From positions 2,254,101 through 2,318,100 of the forward strand of contig NC_092677.1 of assembly GCF_964355755.1 (NCBI RefSeq): a stretch of 64,000 bases of DNA, read 5' to 3'. The stretch is from Antedon mediterranea. Its lineage: Eukaryota; Animalia; Echinodermata. The position numbers and the translations under genes were made by a program. Shown in pieces: positions 37,101 to 48,250 of the stretch. Position 1 is the first letter of the stretch; every line of letters starts with the position of its first letter. A model generated the notes under the pieces. It was given only the letters and a program-made list of their open reading frames with translations. It did not search any database and was not told the DNA's origin.

Positions 37101-39732
37101 ACATACTCAACTTTACTAATCATTAATTGCAGACTACATATCATTGTGTTTATCTCTTCATTTTCTACATAATGCTGTAAAAAATAGCAGCAGCATAGCT
37201 CATTTATGAAGCAATTTGATATAATGTTTTCTACTAATAACGTATTTCTCCTTTTAACCGCCTGCTCTGGATCATATGACTCCATTTACATTGAGCAGAA
37301 AATCGGAGCATGACATTATATTTTTTAAACCCATGATTTAAATCCTAGTAAAAGTGTAACGTTTTCAATATTGAAGCTGCCTGCTGATTTACGGAAGGAA
37401 TTTTGCTGCTTTCTGTTGAAATCGATAATGTCGAGTATGCAAGGGAAAGTAGAATGTAATTAAGTAGATTCGCGAAAAGAATAATGTTAGCAAAATGCAA
37501 ACAAGTTCTGATATTTTTCTATACTACTATTCATAGAGTACATATTTTACATACATATCAAGATTATTGATACTGACGGTGGTTGAAAATGTATGATTAT
37601 AGTGACTATGACGATGATGATGACGGTGATGATGATTATGATGAATGATGATAACGACGATGATGATGATGACGGTGATGATGATGATGTAATAATGATG
37701 ATGATGATGAATGCTAATGATGATGAATGATAATGATGATGATTGATAATGATGATGATGTTGATATTGGTGATGATGATGATGACGGTAATGATGATGA
37801 TGTGATAACGATGATGAATGATAATGATGATGATGATGTGATAATGATGATGAATGATAATGTTGATGATGATGATGTGATAATGATGATGAATGATAAT
37901 GGTGATGATGATGTGATAATAATGATGAATGATAATGGTGATGATGATGTGATAATGATGATGAATAATAATGTTGATGATGATGTGATAATGATGATGA
38001 ATGATAATGGTGATGATGATGTGATAATGATGATGAATGATAATGTTGATGATGATGTGATGATGATGATGAATGATAATTATGATGATGATGTGATGAT
38101 GATGAATGATAGTGGTGATGATGATAATGTGATAATGATGATGAATTATAATGTTGATGATGATGATGTGATAATGATGATGAATGATAATGGTGATGAT
38201 GATGTGATAATAATGATGAATGATAATGGTGATGATGATGATGTGGTAATGATGATGAATGATGTGATAATGATGATGATGATGTGAGAATGATGTGATG
38301 ATGATGTGATAATGATGTGATGAAGATGATGTGATGATGATGATGATGAAGATAATTATAATATTTATGATATTGATGATGACGACGATGATGATAATAT
38401 GGTAATAATCTTAATTGAGATAGTTGATATATTGATGAGGCTAGAGTTTCAGTGATAAATTAAAACAAGAACCATTACAATGATTATGTTCATATATTTT
38501 TGCAATATTGAAAGATAAAATTTGAACTGACCTCATCAACGGAAGCGCCAAAAAGTATAAGATCAAAGGGAATCGCCGCCATGGCGTCAATAAAGAACCA
38601 TCCTTTTAGATAGTGAGCTGCAATATCATACGGATTTGATATTACTTCGCCTTTATTATCGTCCACGTAAGTGGTTCGAAAGTTTATTAGAATATCGAAT
38701 ATAAACATGACGTCCACAATGAGATCTATAATAATCAATGGGTTGGTATAACTTGAAGACGGTCCTTGGCTATCCCTCGTCTCGGCCTCTTTGTTCAGTC
38801 TAGCCCGCTTTGTGTCGTCTTTGAGTAGGAAGGCTACGGAGTATGGTGTTAGGATTGTCGTGTAGAGCACAAGCAGGAGTATGAACCAGTCCCAGACGGC
38901 TTTGAACGGAGAATAATGAAGAATTGTGCAGGCGTGAAGTTGACGTTTACGACGCAGATTGTTGTGATTTATCTCGTCTGAAGTCAGATACTTCTTTTGC
39001 TGTAAAATGATAATAAAATATATTGATAACGAGTAATAATTATCATCATTATCATCTTGCCATCATTTATGCTATGAAACTGTATTTATAAACGATGAGT
39101 AAATAAATGTGAATTGAATAGTGGAATTGATAACGAGTAATAATTATCATCATTATCATCTTCGTCAGTTATCAATTGATAACGAGTAATAAATTATCAT
39201 CATTATCATCTTCGTCAGTTATCAATTGATAACGAGTAATAAATAATCATCATTATCATCTTCGTCAGTTATCAATTGATAACGAGTAATAAATTATCAT
39301 CATTATCATCTTCGTCAGTTATCAATTGATAACGAGTAATAAATAATCATCATTATCACCTTCGTCAGTTATCAATTGATACATTTTAGTGATGATGGTT
39401 TGACTGTCAATTAAGGCTTGTGTTTATTCAATTAAGGGATGTGCACTGTAACATCAAATATCAATTAAATAAGGTAAAAACAATGTTTATAGATAGGCCT
39501 ATTACTTTATTCATTGTGACGTCATACGATGGATAATTTTCTTTATAAAAAGTTCATAAAACACTTTTTCTAAAACAGTACAAAATAAATCAGTATTTAC
39601 GTCTCCAAACATATCATTAGTATTGTTTGTATGACGTCATCATTAGATAACTCATTTCAAAGACCACTTACATGCGAATCTATCGACGTTGCCGTTGACA
39701 ACCTACTCCTAAACTCCTCCATCTTGACCGTT
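27141..39732 (-). CDS. KCNH2: ERG-subfamily (KCNH2/KCNH6/KCNH7-like) voltage-gated potassium channel; spliced CDS join(39672-39732, 38532-38999, 36282-36527, 34695-34845, 31520-31728, 30667-30919, 29086-29279, 28468-28687, 27141-28144); 5' end uncertain
   Basis: Translated exons give [14 protein letters not shown] (pre-S1), [22 protein letters not shown] (S4), TVGFGNVS (filter), C-linker/CNBHD ([49 protein letters not shown]) and a C-terminal coiled coil. All introns are GT-AG with compatible phases. The symbol marks the subfamily, not 1:1 orthology. Confidence 0.95.
28468..28687 (-). CDS. ERG channel distal C-terminal exon
   Basis: Open frame KNLPPVAG...DVTKECKE; ttgcag acceptor, gtattg donor; phases 0/1 fit both neighbours. 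Confidence 0.8.
29086..29279 (-). CDS. KCNH2: ERG channel exon, CNBHD part 2 including intrinsic-ligand strand
   Basis: GKGDILGE...[12 protein letters not shown]...YPEF...ITFELRD; gtttag acceptor, gtaagt donor. Confidence 0.95.
30667..30919 (-). CDS. KCNH2: ERG channel exon, C-linker/CNBHD part 1
   Basis: [22 protein letters not shown]...[22 protein letters not shown]; ttcttag acceptor, gttagt donor. Confidence 0.95.
31520..31728 (-). CDS. KCNH2: ERG channel exon encoding S6 and C-linker
   Basis: [26 protein letters not shown]...[12 protein letters not shown]; ctttttcag acceptor, gtatgt donor. Confidence 0.95.
31768..31945. mobile_element. MITE family A copy
   Basis: aagctctgtctacactatcaaac...gtttgatagtgaagaca; internal aaatatggtagtgatatg repeats. 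Confidence 0.85.
32521..33024. mobile_element. Non-autonomous Kolobok-like element, 504 bp
   Basis: TTAA TSD at 32517-32520 and 33025-33028; TIR agatgtgttgtc / gacaatacatct (5'-RR...YY-3'); an isolated end fragment also at ~36010-36028. Confidence 0.75.
33121..33360 (+). repeat. 30-bp minisatellite, 8 near-perfect copies
   Basis: ttttacctatcatgaaacacgtgcttcttc repeated. Confidence 0.97.
34480..34620 (+). repeat. Degenerate ~22-23-bp tandem repeat (gcgttcgaacgtgtttatgggt)
   Basis: About 5 copies. Confidence 0.75.
34695..34845 (-). CDS. KCNH2: ERG channel exon encoding pore helix, selectivity filter and start of S6 (absent from the ORF track)
   Basis: Manual translation [50 protein letters not shown]; catttctag acceptor, gtaagt donor; phase 0/1. 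Confidence 0.95.
34922..35076. mobile_element. MITE family B copy (palindromic, tggttcccactag...ctagtgggaacca); other copies/fragments at ~25040, 34110, 36040, 36965, 39795, 42960, 49444
   Basis: Shared gacgcaacgcaagg...gaccaatcacaagcga...gattggtcaa motifs. Confidence 0.8.
35081..35266. mobile_element. Harbinger/Tourist-like MITE (family C)
   Basis: TAA TSD at 35078-35080 and 35267-35269; imperfect TIR agacaaatttac..cgagcggta / taccgctcg..gtaaatcggtct. Confidence 0.7.
36282..36527 (-). CDS. KCNH2: ERG channel exon encoding S4-S5 and first half of turret
   Basis: [31 protein letters not shown]...[12 protein letters not shown]...[15 protein letters not shown]; tttttatag acceptor, gtaagt donor. 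Confidence 0.95.
37600..38400 (+). repeat. Degenerate (GAT)n microsatellite with ~33-36-bp superstructure
   Basis: gatgatgatgtgataatgatgatgaatgataat repeats in the ERG intron. Confidence 0.95.
38532..38999 (-). CDS. KCNH2: ERG channel exon encoding S1-S3
   Basis: QKKYL...[17 protein letters not shown]...[21 protein letters not shown]...[23 protein letters not shown]; ttttacag acceptor, gtcagt donor; 468 nt. Confidence 0.95.
39127..39380 (+). repeat. 50-bp minisatellite, 5 copies
   Basis: ttgataacgagtaataaattatcatcattatcatcttcgtcagttatcaa; unit ends are mutually complementary. Confidence 0.92.
39672..39732 (-). CDS. ERG channel short N-terminal exon ([20 protein letters not shown]); candidate start ATG at 39722
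   Basis: Acceptor ttttctatttttag, donor gtaagt; open and in phase 0 with the S1 exon; ATG context aagATGG. Confidence 0.7.
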
Positions 39733-39992
39733 CTAAAAATAGAAAACAATATTACATTAAAAAGGCCTAATTGTGAGTCATCATAAAGATTGAGAACGCG
39801 GCGCAACAAAAGTATTTTGACCAATCACAAGATACAGTTCGAATGATCCGTCGTTTGTGATTCTTCAAATTTATTTATTTATTTAAATGTTTACTTATGT
39901 TACGTGTACGTTGATGCGTTGCGAACCAAACATTACTTTGCCATGTCTATATTTATTGACGGTGGAAACATACTTCCCCCTATACTTCCCTC

Positions 39993-40330
39993 CACTTAAC
40001 ACGTGGAGTAGAAAATTTGAATGTAACAATACCAAAATACACCCTTAGTAAAATGAATTCGTCCTTTAAAGTTGTAGGCGCAAAAATATGGAACAGTTTA
40101 CCAATTAATATTAAATCGGCACCAACAATTACGACCTTTAAGGCTAGATACAAATCTCATTTCTTTTCATAAACACTGTATTATATTTAATTAAGTTTCT
40201 CTTTTGTATATTTTGATTAAGATAGGACCACAATGTAAAACAGATACACTGTTATCTGATTGTTTTATCCTGTAAAAAATATATTATTTATTATTATTAT
40301 TATTAGTGTTATTATTATTATTATTATTAC
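39993..40330 (+). mobile_element. 3' fragment of an L2/Crack-like LINE
   Basis: 39993-40172 translates HLTRG...SSFKVVGAKIWNSLPINIKSAPTITTFKARYKSHFFS*; 3' UTR aggaccacaatg...atcctgta also at ~50220-50275; (TAT)n tail. Confidence 0.8.
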
Positions 40331-40999
40331 GATATAGACCTATAGTATTTCCAGCAGAAATACAGTTCTCCAAACTTATTGAGTGTGTATATACACGTTA
40401 CAGACGCGTCAACTGTGATTGTTTTGCGTCAACAAGTTAAATCTCGATCTCAGCAATCCATCAACGTCAGTTGTTGAATTTAATTTAATGATTGAAACAC
40501 AATTAATGAGTTAATTTTGAATAGTCTAGACAAAGCAGTATTGAAACAATTTAGAGATTTTCCACGATACAACCTAGGTCAACCCTCGTGACTTCGAGTG
40601 GCCACTCGTAAACCACGAGTGGTCAATCATTGTCTGGAAAATAATTGCTTACATGATAAGTTTCCTACAAAATGGAAGACAAGGTCGAGATTGAATCTTA
40701 TCTACCTATCACGTTAATGTACAGTGTACTTTTCCTGAATTTAATCAACAACAGATAGAGTGTATAAGATTTGGCAAAAGATATCTGATGGACAGACATA
40801 ACATCGGTCACAAATTCAATTGGAGGCGGTTATTCCATTGGTGTTCCATTTCCTAACATATTTTATGTTTATTAAGAAATGGAAAGTACCCATGTGAGTT
40901 AACACTGTGTGCAAAAATCTATATCTATCATATTTCAAATATCTTATCTGATGTTATCCATCTTATCTCCAATTATCCCAACTTATCTGATGTACATCT

Positions 41000-41600
41000 C
41001 ATTTGATCTTATCACATCTGATCTTATCACATCTTATCCCCAGCCATCCCAACTTATCTCCTATCATACAATCTTTTCCAATCTTATCTCCAATGATCAC
41101 ATCTCATCTCATCTGATTTTATCACATCTTATCCCCAGCCATCCCAACTTATCTCCTATCATACAATCTTTTCCAATCTTATCTCCAATGATCACATCTC
41201 ATTTGATCTTATCACATCTTATCCCCAGCCATCCCAACTTATCTCCTATCATACAATCTTTTCCAATCTTATCTCCAATGATCACATCTCATCTCATCTG
41301 ATTTTATCACATCTTATCCCCAGCCATCCCAACTTATCTCCTATCATACAATCTTTTCCAATCTTATCTCCAATGATCACATCTCATTTGATCTTATCAC
41401 ATCTTATCCCCAGCCATCCCAACTTATCTCCTATCATACAATCTTTTCCAATCTTATCTCCAATGATCACATCTCATCTGATTTTATCACATCTTATCCC
41501 CAGCCATCCCAACCGATCTCCTATCATACAATCTTCTGATTGTATCTCCAATCATCACATCTTATCTGATCTTATCCCATCTTATCTCCAGCCATTCATA
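41000..41600 (+). repeat. 90/95-bp pyrimidine-rich minisatellite, ~6 copies
   Basis: atcttatccccagccatcccaacttatctcctatcatacaatc at 41031, 41126, 41216, 41311, 41401, 41491. Confidence 0.92.
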
Positions 41601-44579
41601 AATCCTACTTCTTGTTGCTTAATCTCATCATAATCTCATCTTTCAGTGCAATCACCTTGTTTGTCGGATCTAGGATATCTGTCATCACTCTTGTTCAATT
41701 CCTAATTAGTTTGAAGCTACCAAACCTGATTAACACATGCCTACTAATTTAATTGTCCTTACACAGACCGTAGTAATTGACGGATGACTTGAATACTATT
41801 TCCAAAGAGCAAACACTCTCATCACTTTTAACAGCAATTACGAAAAAAGTAAACTAGCTCAGAATATACCAACACAAACAAAACAACATACGAACACCAT
41901 TTAATAAGTAAGTATAAATGCAGAATAAAATGTAATATTAAAAATAGATCTGCAATTCGTCTTCTGTCAATTTGCATATTTCAATAGTAGTTTGAGAAGT
42001 AAACTGTAACATTTACTAAACTATTAATGTACTACAGTATTGTTCGAGTCAATGTTTGTACCGCCTCATATTTGTGTAATAATAATAACGTGTTTACATT
42101 TGGGTTTTGAGTCTTTTGCGCTAACGACAGCTGCCAAAGCAGCTCCACGTAAAAACCTATATTAACACTTAGATAGAATTTCACTCTCAAGAATATTATT
42201 CGAAACATTCTTGAATTTATCCGTCAGCTCTTTATCCTAGAATCGATTTTTCGCTCCGGAGCTTCAGCTCTGTCGCCGCTTGAGCGAAGAAAGCTTGGAG
42301 ATACGTGTAAACCAAGACGGGCCTAGCGATTCGGTGTCATTACGCACAGTAATGATTTGTCGCGTGGAACAAGAAAGATTGCGTTACACATAGCTTAACG
42401 GTCGACTGGTGACGCATTACGGTTCATCGCGTTAATTTTTCTCGGTCATTATTGAGCCTTTGAAATGTTAGAGAAGTTAAAAGAAACGGAACGCTCAGTT
42501 AGAAAATAAATGAATGTATAATAAACAAACGACGATCTAAACTGCATAAAAAAAAATGTGTGTGTGTGTTTAAATTGAATTAAGCTGGTGTTACTTACAT
42601 TACTATCAGAAATGACGCGTAAGTAAATTCAACAATTTCAGCGAATGTTTCATAATTCTTAATCGCGCCTTTTTTTGCAGGCGGTATTCGATCGGTAAGT
42701 TTTGGCGCGTTGTCGGTGTGATCGCCTGAAGACCTTCCGGTTGAATCGACAAAGATAATGATTTGTTTATATCGTGGCAATTTTGTCGACTTGTCAATGT
42801 AGCATTTAACGTGTAGACATACTGTGCCGGTGCACATGTGTTGGTTGACGTTAATTGGAATCGTGCGATGACCTTGCGGCCTAATTTAGAAAATTCGATG
42901 AGATTCGCCGCATTTTAGAAAGTCTCTTCGTCTCATATGTACATAAACTCGACCCTCTCTCTTGATTGGTCAAATTACTTGCGTTGGAGTTTACACGCTG
43001 GCACATATAAGATAAGATGCAAGGACGTTAGCGCAACGCAGGTAATTCGACCAATTACGACGCGATGGATGAGTTTAGCCGCGTAGGTGTGTGAACTCGA
43101 GCGATATAGTAATAGAGCGCTCTCTGTTCTTTCACTGCTGAACTGTTTTTTTTTTTTAATATTTAAATATATTGCATAATATGAGTGACTAGGTCGCTTT
43201 ATTGTATTAAATTTTAGGCTTTCATCCTCCTATAAAATCAAAGTCATTATTTTAATTGCTATGAAGTCAATAAAATGCCAAAACCCACACACTACGAAAC
43301 AGTCAGCCATCTCATTGACGCTTACAAAAAATAATTAGAGGAAAAAGTAAGGTACATCCTCCAATGGACATTTAGATAAAATACTAGGCGAGAAAACAGT
43401 GACCAATACCCACTGGTACCTCTATTTATCGTCAGAACCTGGTCATGCGTAAAATTATCTAGAAACTCAATTTCAATTTTGTCATGTCCTTATAGCGCAA
43501 TGATTCTCCAATCTGACGAATAATTCAATTCAATGACGTCATACGAACAAATGTTGAAACCAATCTGGTGTTAGCGATCATAGGTGCAGAAATTGAATAT
43601 TTTCCAAGAGAGTATGAATATTTTTCAAGCTATAGGCCTAGTTAGTTTACTGATTTAATTATAATAATTGAGAATAGTTATAGGCCTATCGTCTGTTTTT
43701 TTTAAACAGTTATATCGTCTGTTTTTTGAAAAAAATTATATCGTCTGTTTTTTGAAAACCGTTATATCATCTGTTTAAAAAAAATGTATATCGTCTGGTT
43801 ATTTTTAACAGTTATATCGTCTGTTTTTGAACACCGATTTTTCTAATGATTTGCTAATTGAAATATGCAATATGCCAATGGATATTATTGCATATTTAAA
43901 GTACTAATTTATTTCTATTGTGTAATTGTGCATATATTATAATGTAAATGGATTTCAAGAAGAACAACATCAAATATGTTACCTTTTTTCAAAGATCTGA
44001 AACGTGTGAGACGCACAGCTAAACTACGACATTCAGGCACATTATGGAGCAGCATTATGGAACAACATTATGGAACAACATTATGGAACAACATTATGGA
44101 ACAAAATTATGGAACAACATTAAGGAAAAACATTATGGAACAACATTATGGAACAACATTATGGAACAACATTATGGAACAACATTATGGAACAACATTA
44201 TGGAACAACATTATGGAACAACATTATGGAAAAACATTATGGAACAACATTATGGAACAACATTATGGAACAAAATTATGGAACAACATTATGGAACAAC
44301 ATTATGGAACAACATTATTGAAAAACATTATGGAACAACATTATGGAACAACATTATGGAACAACATTATGGAAAAACATTATGGAAATAACATTATGGA
44401 AATAACATTATGGAACAACATTATAGGACAACATTATGGGACAACATTATGGGAGAACATTATGGAAAAACATTATGGAACAACATTATGGACCAACATT
44501 ATGGAACAACATTATGGAACAACATTATAGGACAACATTATGGAAAAACATTATGGAATAATATTATGGAACAGCATTA

Positions 44580-45771
44580 GGCCAAAAAAAAATAGTTTGT
44601 TTGCTGTCATCCGCCGCCCCGAATTTCGCAAAAAATTTGGGGCGGAAATAAGAAAAATTTTTTTTTTACGTTGAGGGCGCTTTAAAAAAAAAGTTTTTTT
44701 AATGATTTTTTTTGGCCGAAAAGGTGTAAAAATCGAGTGTGCGAGGATGAAACAATAAAATAATAACGTAGCGTATATTTCGGTGTATAATCGCACTTTT
44801 GACACGCAAATTTAACCTCTAAATTAAGGGTGCGTCTTATACACCGAACATAAATGCCTCAACACAGATATCGCCACCTCGTTGGCTAGGCCTGGGCTTT
44901 TTAAGGTAAGGCCTAGATAGGCCTATTAGTATTACTAAAGTCTAAAGAGTAGGCCTAGCCTAGCTACAGTGTAGGCCTACTAGCGTAACAGCAACCTGCT
45001 AGTTTTCAAGGCATTTTAGCGTGATTTTGTACTAAATATGATGAAAAGATTTGTTCATTATGGAGCTGTTTTAGGCGCTCCGATAAAATTTCATTTGAAA
45101 ACGACGTTTACGATTGGAATAGTATTATAGTTATACGCACGACCGTCGTACCCCGAGCGCGAGCGAGCCCTTCTTGGCAACCGCATTGTGTACACAGTAT
45201 TCGACTAGTATATTCTCCAGTTGATTATAGCATAGACCTAGCGTACACACTTCTAGGATACATAGATACTAATCGAATACGATTGTCCGTGAAAACGTGC
45301 GCCTCTCGATAAAAGGATCGAGCGAGGCTAGCCCACACACACGTGCGGTCATGCACTCGATGTTGCGGGTGCGAAACTCATTCATAACAAGTTAGAAAGA
45401 ACTGACGGAATGGGGGACTTCCCTTCTTGTTGAGGCTGGGCGCGGCCGTCTTATACATCGACGATATACAAAATACCGATATTTTACTCTCAGTTAGGGG
45501 TCGGGTGCGTCTTATTATACACAGGTGCGACTTATACACCGAAATATACGGTACACTAACTTCTAAAAATTAAAATATTTAATTAGGCCTGCTAACAACG
45601 ACCTACTGTGTAGTAGTAGGACTAGCCTAGGCTAGTTTAGACACGGGGCCTAACGCGCCCAAAACAGAATTAAAATGTAAAAACAAATTATGAATAGATG
45701 TTTGAGCTCGTTGTTTTATTCAGTGTGTTTTGTTACTCTCAAATTCGCGAGCAAATAACAGAGAAATTAAC

Positions 45772-45806
<35 letters not shown>

Positions 45807-45885
45807 TTTTTCCACCCGCCCCCCCCCCCCCCCCCCTACCAAAAAAAAAACTTGACAGCAAACAAACAATTTTTTTTTTTAGGCC
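44580..45885. mobile_element. Non-autonomous TIR element inserted in the 13-bp minisatellite
   Basis: ggccaaaaaaaaatagtttgtttgctgtca / tgacagcaaacaaacaattttttttttttaggcc, flanked by TA. Confidence 0.82.
44771..45551. mobile_element. Tc2/pogo-like (Tc1-mariner superfamily) non-autonomous element, 781 bp
   Basis: TA TSD; TIR (g/c)cgtatatttcggtgtataa(g)tcgcac at both ends; subterminal gggtgcgtcttatac repeats. Confidence 0.85.
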
Positions 45886-48090
45886 TATTTTTTTTTTTTA
45901 GGCCTATACACTATAGGACAACATTATGGGAAAACATTATGGAACAACATAATGGAACAACATTATGAAAAAACATTAAGGAACAACATTATGGAACAAC
46001 TTTATAGGACAACATTAAGGAACATTATGGAACAACATTATGGAACAACATTTTGGAACAACATTATAGGATGAATGAAAAAAACATGAAAACACTTGAA
46101 TATTATCATATAACATGAAATATTATCATACAACAGTATGGAACAACATTATATGGCAACACTATGGGATATTATCATTATAAAATGATAATTGGAGCAA
46201 CAACATCATACGACAAAGTTGGAATATTATAGAACAGGGAACATCATTGTACAACATTATGGAACATTTTGGAATATTTTATATATTAAGAAAATGGAGC
46301 AACATTATGCAACATCACCATATACAGCCTACATCATGTAACAGGTATTATCAGACAACATTATGGATATCATAATACAACATCATATAACACCATCTTG
46401 AAACAATATAACCATTTTCCATTCTAATGTTGTTCTATTGTTTTAGAGTTTAGAATTAATGTAGTTTGGTTATTCTTACTTAACATAAATTCTGTTACTA
46501 TTGTTTATTTGTCTAATTTCTATACAGACTTGAATTAATCGAATTATAAGATTTGATAAACATTGAGTCATTGCGAATATTCGGATGGTAATTAATCCCA
46601 TGGGGCACTTTCAATGAAGGTTGGGACCAATTAGTGACAATTGCCGGAGAATTCACGCGCGAAGACTATTGAAACGGGACCGTAGATTGCAAACGCATTC
46701 AACCGAAACGAGCAAGAACGTGGAACAACGCATAACAAACACATCCAATCAACCGTTGACGGATGTACTGTGAGGGGGAGTTGGGGAATGGTTTGTGTGG
46801 AAACCAAACAATCACTGGGTCACTCCGGTTGAGAGGTGCGGGAAGACCCGCTTTGCGAGTACGCATTGTGCTGCGTCGACGGATAGGCTAGAATGACGAG
46901 GCGCTAGCGGTGGGTTGATTTGTCCGTGTATAGACGAAGTTGTTTAGCAAAATGTCTTCTGAGGTTTAAGTGAATTATGTGTGCTTTTAAGAAAATATCT
47001 CTTATGAAAATGTGTAATTGTTTCTAGCACAATGATTAGTCATCTTCTGCACCCATATCTCAAAACTCCCTAAAGATGTATCATAGCTCGAAAACGATCT
47101 ACAATGGTTGAGATATACAAGATATACAACAATGTCTAAACATCTCACAGTTTCTGCTTTAACAAATCGTATACAATTTATTTAACTTATTAGTTTTCTA
47201 AATCCTACAATTAATTGAAATGCCTAATATATTAATAAGAACAATAAATATAACGTCAATGTTAATTCAACTTTTGTAACTTTCCTTAAACATGTAATCT
47301 ATCCAATTAGAAAGCATTACAAGTGAAGGATATCGGCACCTAACCAATAATGAAAACATACCATAAGTCGGTATTAGCCGTTAGAAGAATAATATCTTTA
47401 TCAAATCCGTTAATTTACACTAAATATTCTATAATGGCGGATCATTGGCTTGGTTTCTAAGCCTGCTGTTTGTCCACAATACAAATTGCAACGTAACTAC
47501 TTCATAAGCTGGTCAGAATTTTTTCTTGGTTTCTTCCATCTTTGTTGAATCTTATCACAGAAAAAACAGCAAATAAATTCCATTAATCCGATTTTTATAC
47601 ATTGGTTTATCAGATTATGATTATTAATCTTCATAATCATTATAAATGTAACTCCTTAATGATAAATTATAAGGTTTCTTCTGTTAATTAGAGTATTGGA
47701 CAAACGTGGGTTATTTGCGCACGCGCGACTATGTCACGAACAAATAAAATACACGGATGACACTCGGTTTATATAATTAATCGTGGTGTTGTGTTAGTTG
47801 CTTGTTATTTTGAAAAAATAATCTAGTTTGAAATAGCTATGATGAACTTGATATTACTGTGTCCAGACCACTTTAAGGAAATGTCATCAAGAAAGAACCA
47901 ACAAGAATGATAGGCAGAGAGCAGCAACTTATTCCAATACATTAATAACATATTGCACCAACAACTGTTGTTTCAATTGATTTTAATTACGATTGTTAAG
48001 ACTCTCAGAAACCGAATACATTATCGTCTGTTTGGGCCTGTAGCAGACGACCAACTTGCGAGCGCGGAAACGATTATCCAAAGTTACCTA

Positions 48091-48250
48091 AAGCTCTGTC
48101 TACACTATCAAACTTTATGTGACAACAAAATGTGATGTGCCAATATATGGGGACATGATGGTGTCATATCACTACCATATTTGGGTATACCACTGCTATA
48201 TTTGGCCTATATTTTTTTGGCGAATTTGTTAGATAGTGTAGACAGAGCTT
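48091..48250. mobile_element. MITE family A, full-length copy (partial copies at ~49010-49100 and ~49603-49750)
   Basis: aagctctgtctacactatc ... gatagtgtagacagagctt flanked by TA (also readable as TWA). Confidence 0.88.

Larger units (their letters stand above)
44038..46070 (+). repeat. 13-bp minisatellite (attatggaacaac) interrupted by a nested transposon
   Basis: Array 44038-44578 resumes at ~45915-46070. Confidence 0.92.

Noticed and set aside
37727-38287. 186-aa Asp/Met-rich ORF
   Set aside because: Translation of a (GAT)n microsatellite on the antisense strand of an ERG intron
43976-44530. 184-aa repetitive ORF (MEQHYGTTLWNNI)n
   Set aside because: Artefact of the 13-bp minisatellite, open in several frames
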